Of a DNA stretch of 64,000 bases, positions 52,414 to 61,396 are shown in pieces. The stretch spans positions 128,001-192,000 of the forward strand of contig CAWFGE010000022.1 of the NCBI GenBank assembly GCA_963815195.1. Reading direction: 5' to 3'. The notes below the pieces were generated by a model that did not search any database, was not told the DNA's origin, and worked only from the letters and a program-made list of their open reading frames with translations. Source of the stretch: an uncultured Planctomycetaceae bacterium (GTDB lineage Bacteria > Planctomycetota > Planctomycetia > Planctomycetales > Planctomycetaceae). The stretch's first letter is position 1; each line of letters opens with the position of its first letter. The position numbers were made by a program, and so were the translations under genes.

Positions 52414-53415
52414 GTGCATCGGGCGATTCTGGAAGCTTGCTTGCCCTCGTTGGCCGCGCTTGTGGTCTCGCTGGGATTGCTCGCGGCGATCGTTCGAGTG
52501 TGCGGCCGGGGGATTTCCAGCCGGCAGGTTTGGGAGCGGCTGAAGACGTTGCACCATTGCCAGCAGGGGGCGGTGCAGAGTCTGTCGTTTGTCCTTACGG
52601 TGCCGTTTTTTATTGTGATTTGCATGTTCATCGTGCAGGTCAGCCAGTTGATGATCGGCGTGATGGTCGTGCATTATGCGGCGTATGCGTCCGCGCGGGC
52701 CGCGGTGGTGTGGATTCCCGCCCAAGTGGACGACCTCCCGCAAAACAAGCTCGGACCGCCGATCACCACGAGTTCGCCGGTTGTGCTGCGAGGCGACGGG
52801 GCCCTCGTGCGGGAGAATTTCAAGCACCGCAAGATTTTCGAGGCCGCCGCTTTGGCGTGTGCTCCGATTTCGCCTTCGCGGAACGTCGGCTACGTCCCGA
52901 ACGATCTCAGCCGGGGCCCCGCGGTGGTGATGAAGGAGCTTTATCAAACGCTCTGGCCGGAGTCGGCGGAAAATCCCCGCATTCCCAATCGGATCGACAA
53001 TAAGCTGGCTTACAGTTTTCAGAACACGGCCGTGCGGGTGGAGTTTCGCGACAAGAACACGCGGACCGGTCCGACGTACAATCCCCGCGTGCCGGTGCGG
53101 AACCCGCAAACCGGGGGCGTGCTCCGGGACCAGTCCGGGCAGGTGGTCCGGTCTTGGGACCCGCACGAAGTCGGCTGGGAGGATCCGGTGCGGGTCGTGG
53201 TCACGCACGAGTTCGCGCTGTTGCCGGGGCCGGGCCGGGTGCTGGCGAAGCATCTCGTCCGCAGCGACCATCAGCCCGACCGCGTGGCCGAGCGGATCGA
53301 CCGCCGCCGCACGCCCGGCCGCGAGAAGATTTACACGACTTCGATCGTCGCCTCCGCCACGCTGACCAATGAAGGTTTCGAGTCGGTGATGCCCTATGTG
53401 CAAGATTCATATTGA
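52414..53415 (+). CDS. TadE-like pseudopilin
   Basis: QQGAVQSLSFVLTVP...VHYAAYASARAA. Confidence 0.75.
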   Translation: MHRAILEACLPSLAALVVSLGLLAAIVRVCGRGISSRQVWERLKTLHHCQQGAVQSLSFVLTVPFFIVICMFIVQVSQLMIGVMVVHYAAYASARAAVVWIPAQVDDLPQNKLGPPITTSSPVVLRGDGALVRENFKHRKIFEAAALACAPISPSRNVGYVPNDLSRGPAVVMKELYQTLWPESAENPRIPNRIDNKLAYSFQNTAVRVEFRDKNTRTGPTYNPRVPVRNPQTGGVLRDQSGQVVRSWDPHEVGWEDPVRVVVTHEFALLPGPGRVLAKHLVRSDHQPDRVAERIDRRRTPGREKIYTTSIVASATLTNEGFESVMPYVQDSY

Positions 53416-55079
53416 CGTTCAACAAGATTCCCAAGCCGACCGCTTGCGGTCGGAGTCCGACGCCAAGGCGTCGGCTTGGGGCGTTGCGCGATTTGCATCC
53501 TCCTTGCGAAACTTCGCGAGCCGGGTGCATCGGTGCGAGCGGGGCGTGCTGTCGATCACCTCGGTGTTTGCGCTGTTTGTGTTTACGATTTTGCTGATCA
53601 TGATCGTCAACGTCGCGACGCATCTGGACGACAAGATCAACCGCCAGAACGCGGCCGACGCCTCGGCGTACTCCGGCGGCGTGGTCCTCGCGCGGGGCAT
53701 GAACACGATCAGCTACACGAACCATCTGCTGACGGACGTGTTCGCGGTCACGGCATTTTTGCGCGAGGGCCGAAATCGCCAATCCGAACAGATCGCCCCG
53801 GAGATCCTCGACGAATGGGAACGCACCGGGCAGCGGTTCACCGCAGTCTGAGTTTCAAAAGTTCCAATTGCTCGGCCAGGCGATCCTCAAAAAGTCCGCC
53901 CGAAAGCCTTTGGGCAAAGATCGGCGGCTGGTGAAGGCGTTCGGCAACCTGACGGCGGCGGCGTCCGATTTTGCGCTGCCGGTGTTCGAGTACATCCTGC
54001 GAGGCGATTCGCCGATGGGTCAAAATCAGCCGGGCGCCAAACCCGCGGCCAATCCAGAGGGCGGGTTGATCCCGCAGTTTCAGCGGCAGGTGATCCGCAT
54101 GATTCCCGCACTCGCGCAGCAGGTGACGAACGACATCGCCTGGCGGCACGGGCTCGCGAACCGCGACCTCAAAAACCTGCCCGCACCGCCCCGCGCGGAG
54201 CAGAACGGCCGCGGCCCTCAAGCGGGGATGCTCTGGCGAATGTCCGCGCGGCCGGCGGGCTTTCCCGACGAACAAGACCCGCTCGCGCGGACGCTGCCGA
54301 TCGTCGATCCCAGCCCGATGGCCGCCGACTTCCACGGCGTTCCCAACGCTGCCGAGTATTTTAAAATGGCGACGCTCCAGCGGGAGGAGTTGGCCCGGCA
54401 TTATTTGGAGATTTGGACCGGGGACAAATTGCAGCTTTTCGACCGCACGGCGCAGATGTCGCGGTTCAGCCATCTCTGGCGAATCTTCACCTGTGCGGAG
54501 TTGGAGCATTTGCTCAACGAGGAATATCCGCAAACGAACCTGCCGATGATGATCCGCTTCACCGACGCGGGCGGCGATTGGGACACGCTTCGCCAAAAAG
54601 GCCGCCCGCGGGACATCAACCGCAACCTGGAGCGGGATTTTCAGTTTTTGGGCGTGGTGTATCGCGATCATCAAAAAGAAAACGGGCCGGGGCTGTTTAA
54701 GAACCCGCTGAAAAAGCGATCCGACGCCCAGACATTCGCGCAGATCTCGCTGTTTCTGCCCCGGCCGAGGCGGGTGCTGTCGAACGGGCAGCAGAGTCCA
54801 CAACAGAGCCTGGGCGGGACGTTCGGGTTTTCGAGCAACATCGCGTTGCCTCCGCCGCCGGCTCCGGGCAGCATCCGCCCCGAGGAGGAGCGTTGGCCGA
54901 GGGAGAATTGGCCTTGGCATTGGGATCTGCTCAACCAGAACTGGACGGTGAAGATCGTCCCCGCCACCGCGGCCGCCGTTCCCAGAATCCTGCAAACCCC
55001 GCCGCCCGGCGGCAGCCTGCGCCCGCCCAACCTGGGAGCCGCGGGCATTCAGCAGCTCAACCGCGTGAACACGCATTGA
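53396..55079 (+). CDS. TadG-like protein (frameshift ~53850)
   Basis: ERGVLS plus TM, QNAADASAYSG, ARGMNTISYTN; continues in ORF 53868-55079; start uncertain. Confidence 0.75.
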
Positions 55080-55108
55080 GCGGTGTGCCTGTCAGCCAGT
55101 ACTTCAAT

Positions 55109-55222
55109 TGCCCCAACGGGGCAAAACAAAGCCAGCCTGGGGCGAAGCAACGCGGCGACAGCCGTAAGCGGAGCCCCAGGTTCGTGACGGGAAACCAATC
55201 TAGGCCCTGAAGGGGCCAGACA
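55109..55222. repeat. REP-like composite palindrome
   Basis: GCCCCAACGGGGC, CCTGGGGC...GCCCCAGG, GGCCCTGAAGGGGCC; related GCCCCGTTGGGGC near 27905. Confidence 0.6.
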
Positions 55223-55226
55223 AATC

Positions 55227-55852
55227 CTAGGGTTGATTTTGAGGCTGGATTGCCGTCGATTCTGTCGAATCGATGTTTCCCTCATCGACGAACATATCGA
55301 TTTTCAAATAAGGTTCCCCGGATTCAGGATCGCAGGGCAATTTTGTCGAGGCAAGCTGGAGCAAGTTCAATTGATTGAAGAGAACTTCATTAAACGTTTT
55401 GACGACGCCCCGCGCAATCGATTCATCATTTTCCGCCAATTCCGCCATGCGGCAAAGTTCGCGATGAATCGCAAAGGCGTGAGACTTGATGCGATCCAAA
55501 CCGGTGAGACCTCGATTCGAAAATCCCACGTGCAAGTCCCGATCCATCGCCCGCGCGTAGGCTTCCAATTCGCTGATTCGCAGCTCGCCGTCCTCGCCGT
55601 TCTCGATCTTGGACACTCGGCTCTGCGAACAATCGAGTTGTTCCGCGATCTCCGCTTGGGAAATCCCCTTCGCCGCGCGCAACGCATGCAAAGCCTTCAC
55701 CAGCCGCGCTTCGAAATTTGTTCTTCGAGTGCCCGGTTGAAAGCCTCATCGTCCGAGATGTCGCGAATCATCTCCCGAACCGAGTTGTACTGCGGATTTT
55801 CAGAAATTGAGTTGTCGGCCGCGGTAATCTGACCGCGGAAACGTTGAGCCAT
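55227..55852 (-). CDS. XRE-family HTH protein, HigA-like antitoxin (frameshift ~55705)
   Basis: LRAAKGISQAEIAEQLDCSQSRVSKIENG; N-terminal part MAQRFRGQITAADN...YNSVREMIRD lies in the adjacent frame. Confidence 0.8.
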
Positions 55853-56106
55853 TGCGATTCTCCTGTGACCCGGAGCGGGTGCTTCAATGGGGCCGCGGTC
55901 ATTCAACCGCGGAAAGTTGCAGTCGTTAAGGCCCTGCACAGCCTTTGTCTTGAGATCCAACCGTCAACCACCAATCCAACACTTGGTGGTTGGTCGTTAT
56001 GAGCTTCAACCGGCCGTGGTCATTCAACCGCGGAAACAATTTTGTGGATGCCGAAGCTCTTCATGGCATCCTGTTCAATGGGGCCGCGGTTTTTGGATAA
56101 GAAAAG
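55807..56106 (-). CRISPR. degenerate cas-less CRISPR-like mini-array (4 repeats, 3 spacers)
   Basis: + strand repeats: 55807-55842 (partial, GGCCGCGGTAATCTGACCGCGGAAAC), 55881-55916 GCTTCAATGGGGCCGCGGTCATTCAACCGCGGAAAG, 56003-56037, 56072-56106 (partial, TTCAATGGGGCCGCGGT); spacers 38, 86 and 34 nt; minus strand gives a hairpin plus 3' ATTGAAGC. Confidence 0.75.
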
Positions 56107-56121
56107 TGCGTTCAGCCGCCA

Positions 56122-56517
56122 TTATTCTTCCAACGACTCATCCGATTTTTCCTGCACTTCGGAAGCTTTCTCCGCTAACAAGGAATCGACAAAGTGTTTA
56201 CAGAATCGGATGTCGTCGGATTGGCTGTTTTTGTCGCCCAACGTGATCAAATGCAAAGTTTCTGATTCCTCGTCCGGATAAATGTAGAGCCGGAATTCTT
56301 TAAGGTGGGATCCTTTTCCCTTTTGGTCGATCGCCAAAACCCCAGACGGTTCGGGATGAATAAATCCTCGGTGGATTTGCCCGGAGGACGCGCCGGCCTC
56401 GAGGCATTTGAAAAATGTGTCCAAGTTGTCAAAAACATTCTGCAACTCGCGAGAATGTTTCTTCTGGTGCTTTTTCACCCGTTTTTCAATATCGGGCGTG
56501 GGCGACAACTTCCACAT
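56122..56517 (-). CDS. RelE/HigB-like toxin (addiction-module killer type)
   Basis: 131 aa, basic N-terminus, RLYIY...LITLGDKNSQSDDI; upstream of the XRE gene. Confidence 0.65.
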   Translation of the reverse strand: MWKLSPTPDIEKRVKKHQKKHSRELQNVFDNLDTFFKCLEAGASSGQIHRGFIHPEPSGVLAIDQKGKGSHLKEFRLYIYPDEESETLHLITLGDKNSQSDDIRFCKHFVDSLLAEKASEVQEKSDESLEE

Positions 56518-56520
56518 GGG

Positions 56521-56549
56521 ATTATATCATAGAGGAATAGTTTCGGCAA
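56521..56549 (-). promoter_or_regulatory. putative sigma70 promoter of the toxin operon
   Basis: TTGCCG-17 nt-TATAAT with overlapping TATGAT just before the ATG; no RBS, possibly leaderless. Confidence 0.5.
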
Positions 56550-56655
56550 TAAAAACACCGAAATCTCCAAAGATTATTCTTTTTTGGAATATGTTGTCAA
56601 TGACTGATGGATTGTAATAATCCCCGAAGAACCCATCTCAGCAGGAATATCTGCC

Positions 56656-56902
56656 ATGTCCAAGCCAACCTTCCCGCGGCGTTTTTCAACCGTAGCGGAT
56701 TTTGAACTGCTGACAGGCGGCCGGTCCTTCGATGTGGTCCAGGTTGCCCCTGAAATTCATAATCCTTAAAACTCCCCAAGAGATTGCCCCCGGCGATGCG
56801 GAACTCATCATCCGTGTTGAAGATGAGGTGATTCATCGGCAGATTGCTCTGCCAAATGGATCAACCCCAACAATGCGCCGAGTCCCCATCCAACGTTATT
56901 AA
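56656..56902 (+). CDS. small hypothetical protein (frameshift ~56753), absent from the ORF track
   Basis: GCAGGA RBS; MSKPTFPRRFSTVADFELLTGGRSFDVVQVAPE / FIILKTPQEIAPGDAELIIRVEDEVIHRQIALPNG...*. Confidence 0.55.
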
Positions 56903-56962
56903 TTGGAAAAATCGGCAAAACGCGACATAACCATAGATCAGTTGCGAGGCAGTGTCAATTTC

Positions 56963-58015
56963 CTAGGCCGGCACCTGTTGGGTCAGGCAATGAAAGGCTC
57001 CCAGGCCCCAGATGAGGTCGCAGCAGTCGATGCCGATGACCCGGCGGCCGGGGAAAAGGTTGATGAGGATTTCGTGGGCCTCGTGATCCCGCGGGCCTCC
57101 ATAAAACGGAAGCAGCACAACCGTGTTCGCAATGTAGAAATTCGCGTAGCTCGCGGGCAGGCGTTCGCCTTCGTATTCCACCGGGAGGGGCATCGGGAGT
57201 TCCACAATCTCTAAAGGTCGGTCGCCTGCCAGCCGAAACGTCTTCAGGCGGGCGAGGTTTTTCTGGAGCGGCTCGTAGTTTTCATCATTCGGATTTCCTT
57301 CGACGGCCGTGACCACGGTGGTCGGATTCACGAATCGCGTGATGTCGTCGATGTGCCCGTCGGTGTCGTCGCCGACGATGCCATCGCCCAGCCAGAGAAT
57401 TTGCTCGACTCCCAAATGATCTTTGAGAAGCTGTTCGATCTGTGCCTTCGAGAGTTCGGGGTTGCGGTTGGGGTTGAGCAGGCAGGACTCGGTGGTGAGG
57501 AGCGTGCCCTCGCCGTTGGTGTCGATCGATCCGCCTTCCAAAACCCAAGGGATTTCGATCCGCGGCACGTTGAGGAAATCCGCCATGCCCGCGGGCACGC
57601 GGTTGTCCAGATCGTAAGGCGGATATTTGTCGCCCCAGGCGTTGTACTTCCAATCGAGGGCACAGAGTTTTGGGGATTCGCTGCGCTTCACGAAGATCGC
57701 CCCGTGGTCCCGGCACCAGGCATCGTTGGTGGGCAGGCGATGAAACACGACCTGCCCCAACTTACCCTGTTCGGCCAGAAGCCGGCGGGCCTCGGCTTCC
57801 ATCCTGTCATCGTTTACGTTGACGTGCACCGTTTCCGACCGCGACAACTCGGCGACCATGCAGGCGAAGACCGGTTTGATCGTCTCGATCTTCCCCGGCC
57901 AAGAGGTTTCCTTATGCGGCCACGAGACCCACGTCGCCTGGTGCGGCTCCCACTCCGCGGGCATGCGGTAGCCTTGTTCCCGCGGCGTGGTTTTGACTTC
58001 AGTTTGGGTCGTCAT
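56963..58015 (-). CDS. aguA: agmatine deiminase
   Basis: MPAEWEPH, DAWCRDHG, LEGGS, DTDGHID, GAFHCLTQQ. Confidence 0.93.
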   Translation of the reverse strand: MTTQTEVKTTPREQGYRMPAEWEPHQATWVSWPHKETSWPGKIETIKPVFACMVAELSRSETVHVNVNDDRMEAEARRLLAEQGKLGQVVFHRLPTNDAWCRDHGAIFVKRSESPKLCALDWKYNAWGDKYPPYDLDNRVPAGMADFLNVPRIEIPWVLEGGSIDTNGEGTLLTTESCLLNPNRNPELSKAQIEQLLKDHLGVEQILWLGDGIVGDDTDGHIDDITRFVNPTTVVTAVEGNPNDENYEPLQKNLARLKTFRLAGDRPLEIVELPMPLPVEYEGERLPASYANFYIANTVVLLPFYGGPRDHEAHEILINLFPGRRVIGIDCCDLIWGLGAFHCLTQQVPA

Positions 58016-58017
58016 GG

Positions 58018-58911
58018 TTACGAGCCTTCGTCGAGATACCGCCGGGTCAACTCGCCGTAGGCATCGATCCGCCGATCCCGCAGGAACGGCCAATGGGTTC
58101 GGCTGACATCGAGCTGCCGGAGGTCCAATTCCTGAATCAGCACCTCTTCGTTCTGGGCGCCGGCTCTGGCTAAGATCTCTCCCGTCGGACTCGCGTGAAA
58201 ACTCTGGCCCCAAAACTCGATCCCGCCGCCGGGTTCGCCTTCGTGTCCAGAGCGGTTGGCCGCGCACACATAGCAGCCGTTGGCGATGGCGTGCGAGCGC
58301 TGGATGAGTTCCCAACTCTCGTGCTGGGCCTCGCCGTGGCCGGCCTTTTCGGAAGGATGCCAGCCGATGGCCGTGGGATAAAACAGCACGTCCGCCCCGC
58401 GCATGGCGGTGAGCCGGGCGGCTTCGGGGAACCATTGATCCCAGCAAATCAAGACCCCCACGCGGGCGTACCGCGTGTCGAACACCTTGAATCCCAGATC
58501 GCCCGGCGTGAAGTAGAACTTCTCGTAAAACAGCGGATCGTCGGGGATGTGCATCTTGCGGTACTTGCCGAGGTAGGTCCCGTCCGCATCCAACACCGCG
58601 GCGGTGTTGTGATAGAGGCCTTCCGCCCGCTTCTCGAACAGGCTGGCGACGAGCACGATTTCCAACTCCGCCGCGAGCTTTGACAACCGCTGGGTGCTCG
58701 GGCCGGGAATCGGCTCGGCCCATTGAAAGTTTGCGTGATCTTCCGTCTGGCAGAAATACTGCGTGCGGAACAATTCCGGCAGGCAGACGATCTTCGCCCC
58801 CTCCGCCGCCGCCTGGCGAACGAGCGAAACTGCCTTTTCAAAATTCTGCCCCGCGTCGGTGCCCATTTCCATCTGCACCAACCCCACGGCGACCGTCTTA
58901 CGTTCCGGCAT
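58018..58911 (-). CDS. aguB: N-carbamoylputrescine amidohydrolase
   Basis: LPELF, KYRKMHIP, ICWDQWFPE; adjacent to aguA. Confidence 0.9.
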   Translation of the reverse strand: MPERKTVAVGLVQMEMGTDAGQNFEKAVSLVRQAAAEGAKIVCLPELFRTQYFCQTEDHANFQWAEPIPGPSTQRLSKLAAELEIVLVASLFEKRAEGLYHNTAAVLDADGTYLGKYRKMHIPDDPLFYEKFYFTPGDLGFKVFDTRYARVGVLICWDQWFPEAARLTAMRGADVLFYPTAIGWHPSEKAGHGEAQHESWELIQRSHAIANGCYVCAANRSGHEGEPGGGIEFWGQSFHASPTGEILARAGAQNEEVLIQELDLRQLDVSRTHWPFLRDRRIDAYGELTRRYLDEGS

Positions 58912-58942
58912 TGTTTTGGTTGTTCCTCAATAATCTGTTTCC

Positions 58943-59027
58943 AAAGAGCCGCGCACGAAGTAAGCGGTTTTTGATTTCCCGACCGCTTACTGCGTGCGCG
59001 GCTCTTTGATGCGTGCGCGGCTCTTTT
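58943..59027. repeat. REP-like palindrome
   Basis: AAAGAGCCGCGCACG...CGTGCGCGGCTCTTT, with the right arm duplicated. Confidence 0.65.
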
Positions 59028-59136
59028 GCGTCTCGAAAATCCGCCGGTCCGCTTGTGATCTAAGGGCGATTTCGGTTCAATCATCTGAGTGAACCATCAA
59101 AAGTCAATATGTCCCAATCAAATTTGAGGTGACTTC

Positions 59137-60213
59137 ATGAAAATCAACATGCATCATTTCCTGGCCTGTGGCTGTTTGGCCCTTCTTTGCGGTTTGGCAG
59201 GCGCGGCGAGCGCGGCGGACGGGGTTTGGACCGATCCCAAGGACTCCACGCTGCCGGCGGATTTCCAGATTCAAGGCGAATACGTCGGGCAGACGCAAAA
59301 GGGCGACAAACTTGCGGCGCAGGTGATCGCCTTGGGGAACGGGGCGTTTCAAGCAGTGTTTCTTCCCGGCGGACTTCCCGGCGCCGGTTGGGACGGCGAA
59401 CACAAATCCTTGCTGGCCGGGGAACTAAAAGATGACGGCTCCGCCACGTTCACCACCGCCACCGGCAACCGGAAATATCTCGCCAAGGATCCCAAAGAGT
59501 TTTCCGCCACGTCCAAGTTTCCGCCCGCCGGCCAAAAGGAAGGCCAAGCCGTGATCCGCGATGGCAAGCTCTCCGGCCAATTCGGGGATGAGGCGGAGTT
59601 CACCCTGCGGAAGACCACTCGCAAAAGCGACACGATGGGCAAAAAGCCGCCCGAAGGAGGGATCGTCCTCTTCGGCGGCAAGAACACCGACCACTGGACC
59701 GGCGGGCGGCTGGATGAGAAGACCGGCTACTTGAACACCGACGGCCACGACATTCTCACCAAGCAGAAGTTCAACGACTACACCATGCACCTGGAGTTCC
59801 TCTTGCCGTACCGCCCCGACGCCCGCGGGCAGGGCCGGGGGAACAGCGGGTTCTATCAGGTCGATCATTACGAAGTGCAGATTCTGGATTCCTTCGGACT
59901 CGAAGGCAAAAACAACGAGTGCGGCGGCGTCTATCAGTTGGCCGACCCCAAGGTCAATATGTGCCTGCCGCCTTTGGTTTGGCAAACCTATGATGTGGAG
60001 TTCACGAACGCCAAGACCGGCGAGAACGGCCAAGTCACCGCGCCCGCGAAAATGACGCTCAAACACAACGGCGTGATCGTCCACAAGGACCTGGAGCTCA
60101 AACAAAAAACCGGCGGCTCCCGCGGCGAACCCATCGGCACGCCCGGCCCGATCAAACTCCAAGGCCACGGCAACCCGCTCCAGTTCCGCAACATCTGGAT
60201 CGTCGAGAAGTAG
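59137..60213 (+). CDS. DUF1080 (3-keto-disaccharide hydrolase family) protein
   Basis: GNSG, YEVQILD, WQTYDV, LQGHG, FRNIWI. Confidence 0.9.
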   Translation: MKINMHHFLACGCLALLCGLAGAASAADGVWTDPKDSTLPADFQIQGEYVGQTQKGDKLAAQVIALGNGAFQAVFLPGGLPGAGWDGEHKSLLAGELKDDGSATFTTATGNRKYLAKDPKEFSATSKFPPAGQKEGQAVIRDGKLSGQFGDEAEFTLRKTTRKSDTMGKKPPEGGIVLFGGKNTDHWTGGRLDEKTGYLNTDGHDILTKQKFNDYTMHLEFLLPYRPDARGQGRGNSGFYQVDHYEVQILDSFGLEGKNNECGGVYQLADPKVNMCLPPLVWQTYDVEFTNAKTGENGQVTAPAKMTLKHNGVIVHKDLELKQKTGGSRGEPIGTPGPIKLQGHGNPLQFRNIWIVEK

Positions 60214-60221
60214 CGCCGATC

Positions 60222-60297
60222 AAAATCCGAAGCACGAAATCCGAAACAAATCCAAAACCCGAATGGAATTTGTTTCGGATTTCGAAATTCGGATTTT
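60222..60297. repeat. short heptamer-based palindrome (same family as 52207-52372)
   Basis: AAATCCGAAACAAAT...ATTTGTTTCGGATTT between convergent genes. Confidence 0.75.
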
Positions 60298-60981
60298 CAG
60301 CCCAGGTGGTCTTTGACCCACTGGAAGGCATAGTGCTTCAGTTCGTGCGCGGAGCCGATGCCGAGCTTTTGGCGGATGCGGTCGCGGTAGGTTTCGACGG
60401 TCTTGGGGCTGAGCCGCATGTCCTCGGCGATGGTTTTGATGCTGTGCCCGGACCCGATGCGTTCGAGCACATCGAGTTCGCGGTCGGTTAAGAGTTCGAT
60501 GGGAGACAGCAAATTCGCGTGGCCTTCGCGGACGCCGATGGAGCGGTTGAGCATCCGCTGGATGACCGATTCGGAGGCGAAAATCCGGCCGTCGGCGACT
60601 TCGTGAAGCGCTTCGAGCAGGGTGGCCGCCGCGTTCTGCTTATGAACGTATCCCATCGCCCCGATGTGGAGCGCCCGCTCGGCATAGATCGATTCCTCGT
60701 GCATGGAGGACACGATCACCCGCAGGTCCGGCTCTCGGGCCAGCATCCGCTTGACCAAGTCCAGCCCGTTTCCTTCTTTGAGCGAAATATCGACGATGGC
60801 AATATCGGGCGAGAACTGGTTGAGTTGATTCATTGCTTCCGCGACATCGTCGGCCTCTCCGCAGACCACGAAATTCCTCATCCCCTTGGATTCGCAATCG
60901 AATCCCGTCGCGCACGAGCGGATGGTCGTCCACGATGAGGACGCACGCCGGCCGGGCCAGGCGTTGCTTTTCGGTTGTCAT
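60297..60981 (-). CDS. NarL/LuxR response regulator (frameshift ~60880)
   Basis: VLIVDDHPLVR, DIAIVDISL, LTDRELDV...SPKTVETY. Confidence 0.9.
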
Positions 60982-61077
60982 CTTGGAGTGCTCCTCAGAC
61001 TCTGGAACGCTTTCGTCTCACTCATTGGCCGTTTCCAAAAGAAGCATGCCAATGTGGATCTCCCGGCAAGCGTTCTT

Positions 61078-61093
61078 TGCAAAGCCCATGCCA
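61078..61093 (-). promoter_or_regulatory. putative sigma54 -24/-12 promoter
   Basis: TGGCATGGGCTTTGCA, about 100 bp upstream of the response regulator. Confidence 0.6.
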
Positions 61094-61396
61094 TTGGCGA
61101 ATTGACTTCAAAATCGAATCTCCCTGTCGTCTCTGCTTTTAAGTCGAATGCCCAGTATTTGCGCGCCGGGTGCGGGTGCGTCCATATTATCGAGAACGGC
61201 CGCGGATGGACAGAACAGGCGTTTTCCCCATCGCGGGAGGAGGATCACCGAAGTTTTCCGAACCGCCGATGCGGAGTTTCTCGGAGCCGCGCCAGTCGGC
61301 GCGGGAATTGCGGAAAGACGAATTGGAATCAAAAGCGCCGGGCCGGGCCGGGGCGCGAAGGGAACGCATTGATGATCCGCCTATTTGGGATATCCG

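Noticed and set aside
56533..56548. CreA-like self-targeting of the toxin promoter by the 34-nt spacer
   Set aside because: There is a 13/16 match (ATGAAGAGCTTCGGCA vs AGGAATAGTTTCGGCA), but spacer positions 1-7, the type I seed, do not match; likely chance, though cheap to test.
56963..58723. 586-aa extended AguA
   Set aside because: The extension is an alternative frame of aguB; AguA starts at 58015.
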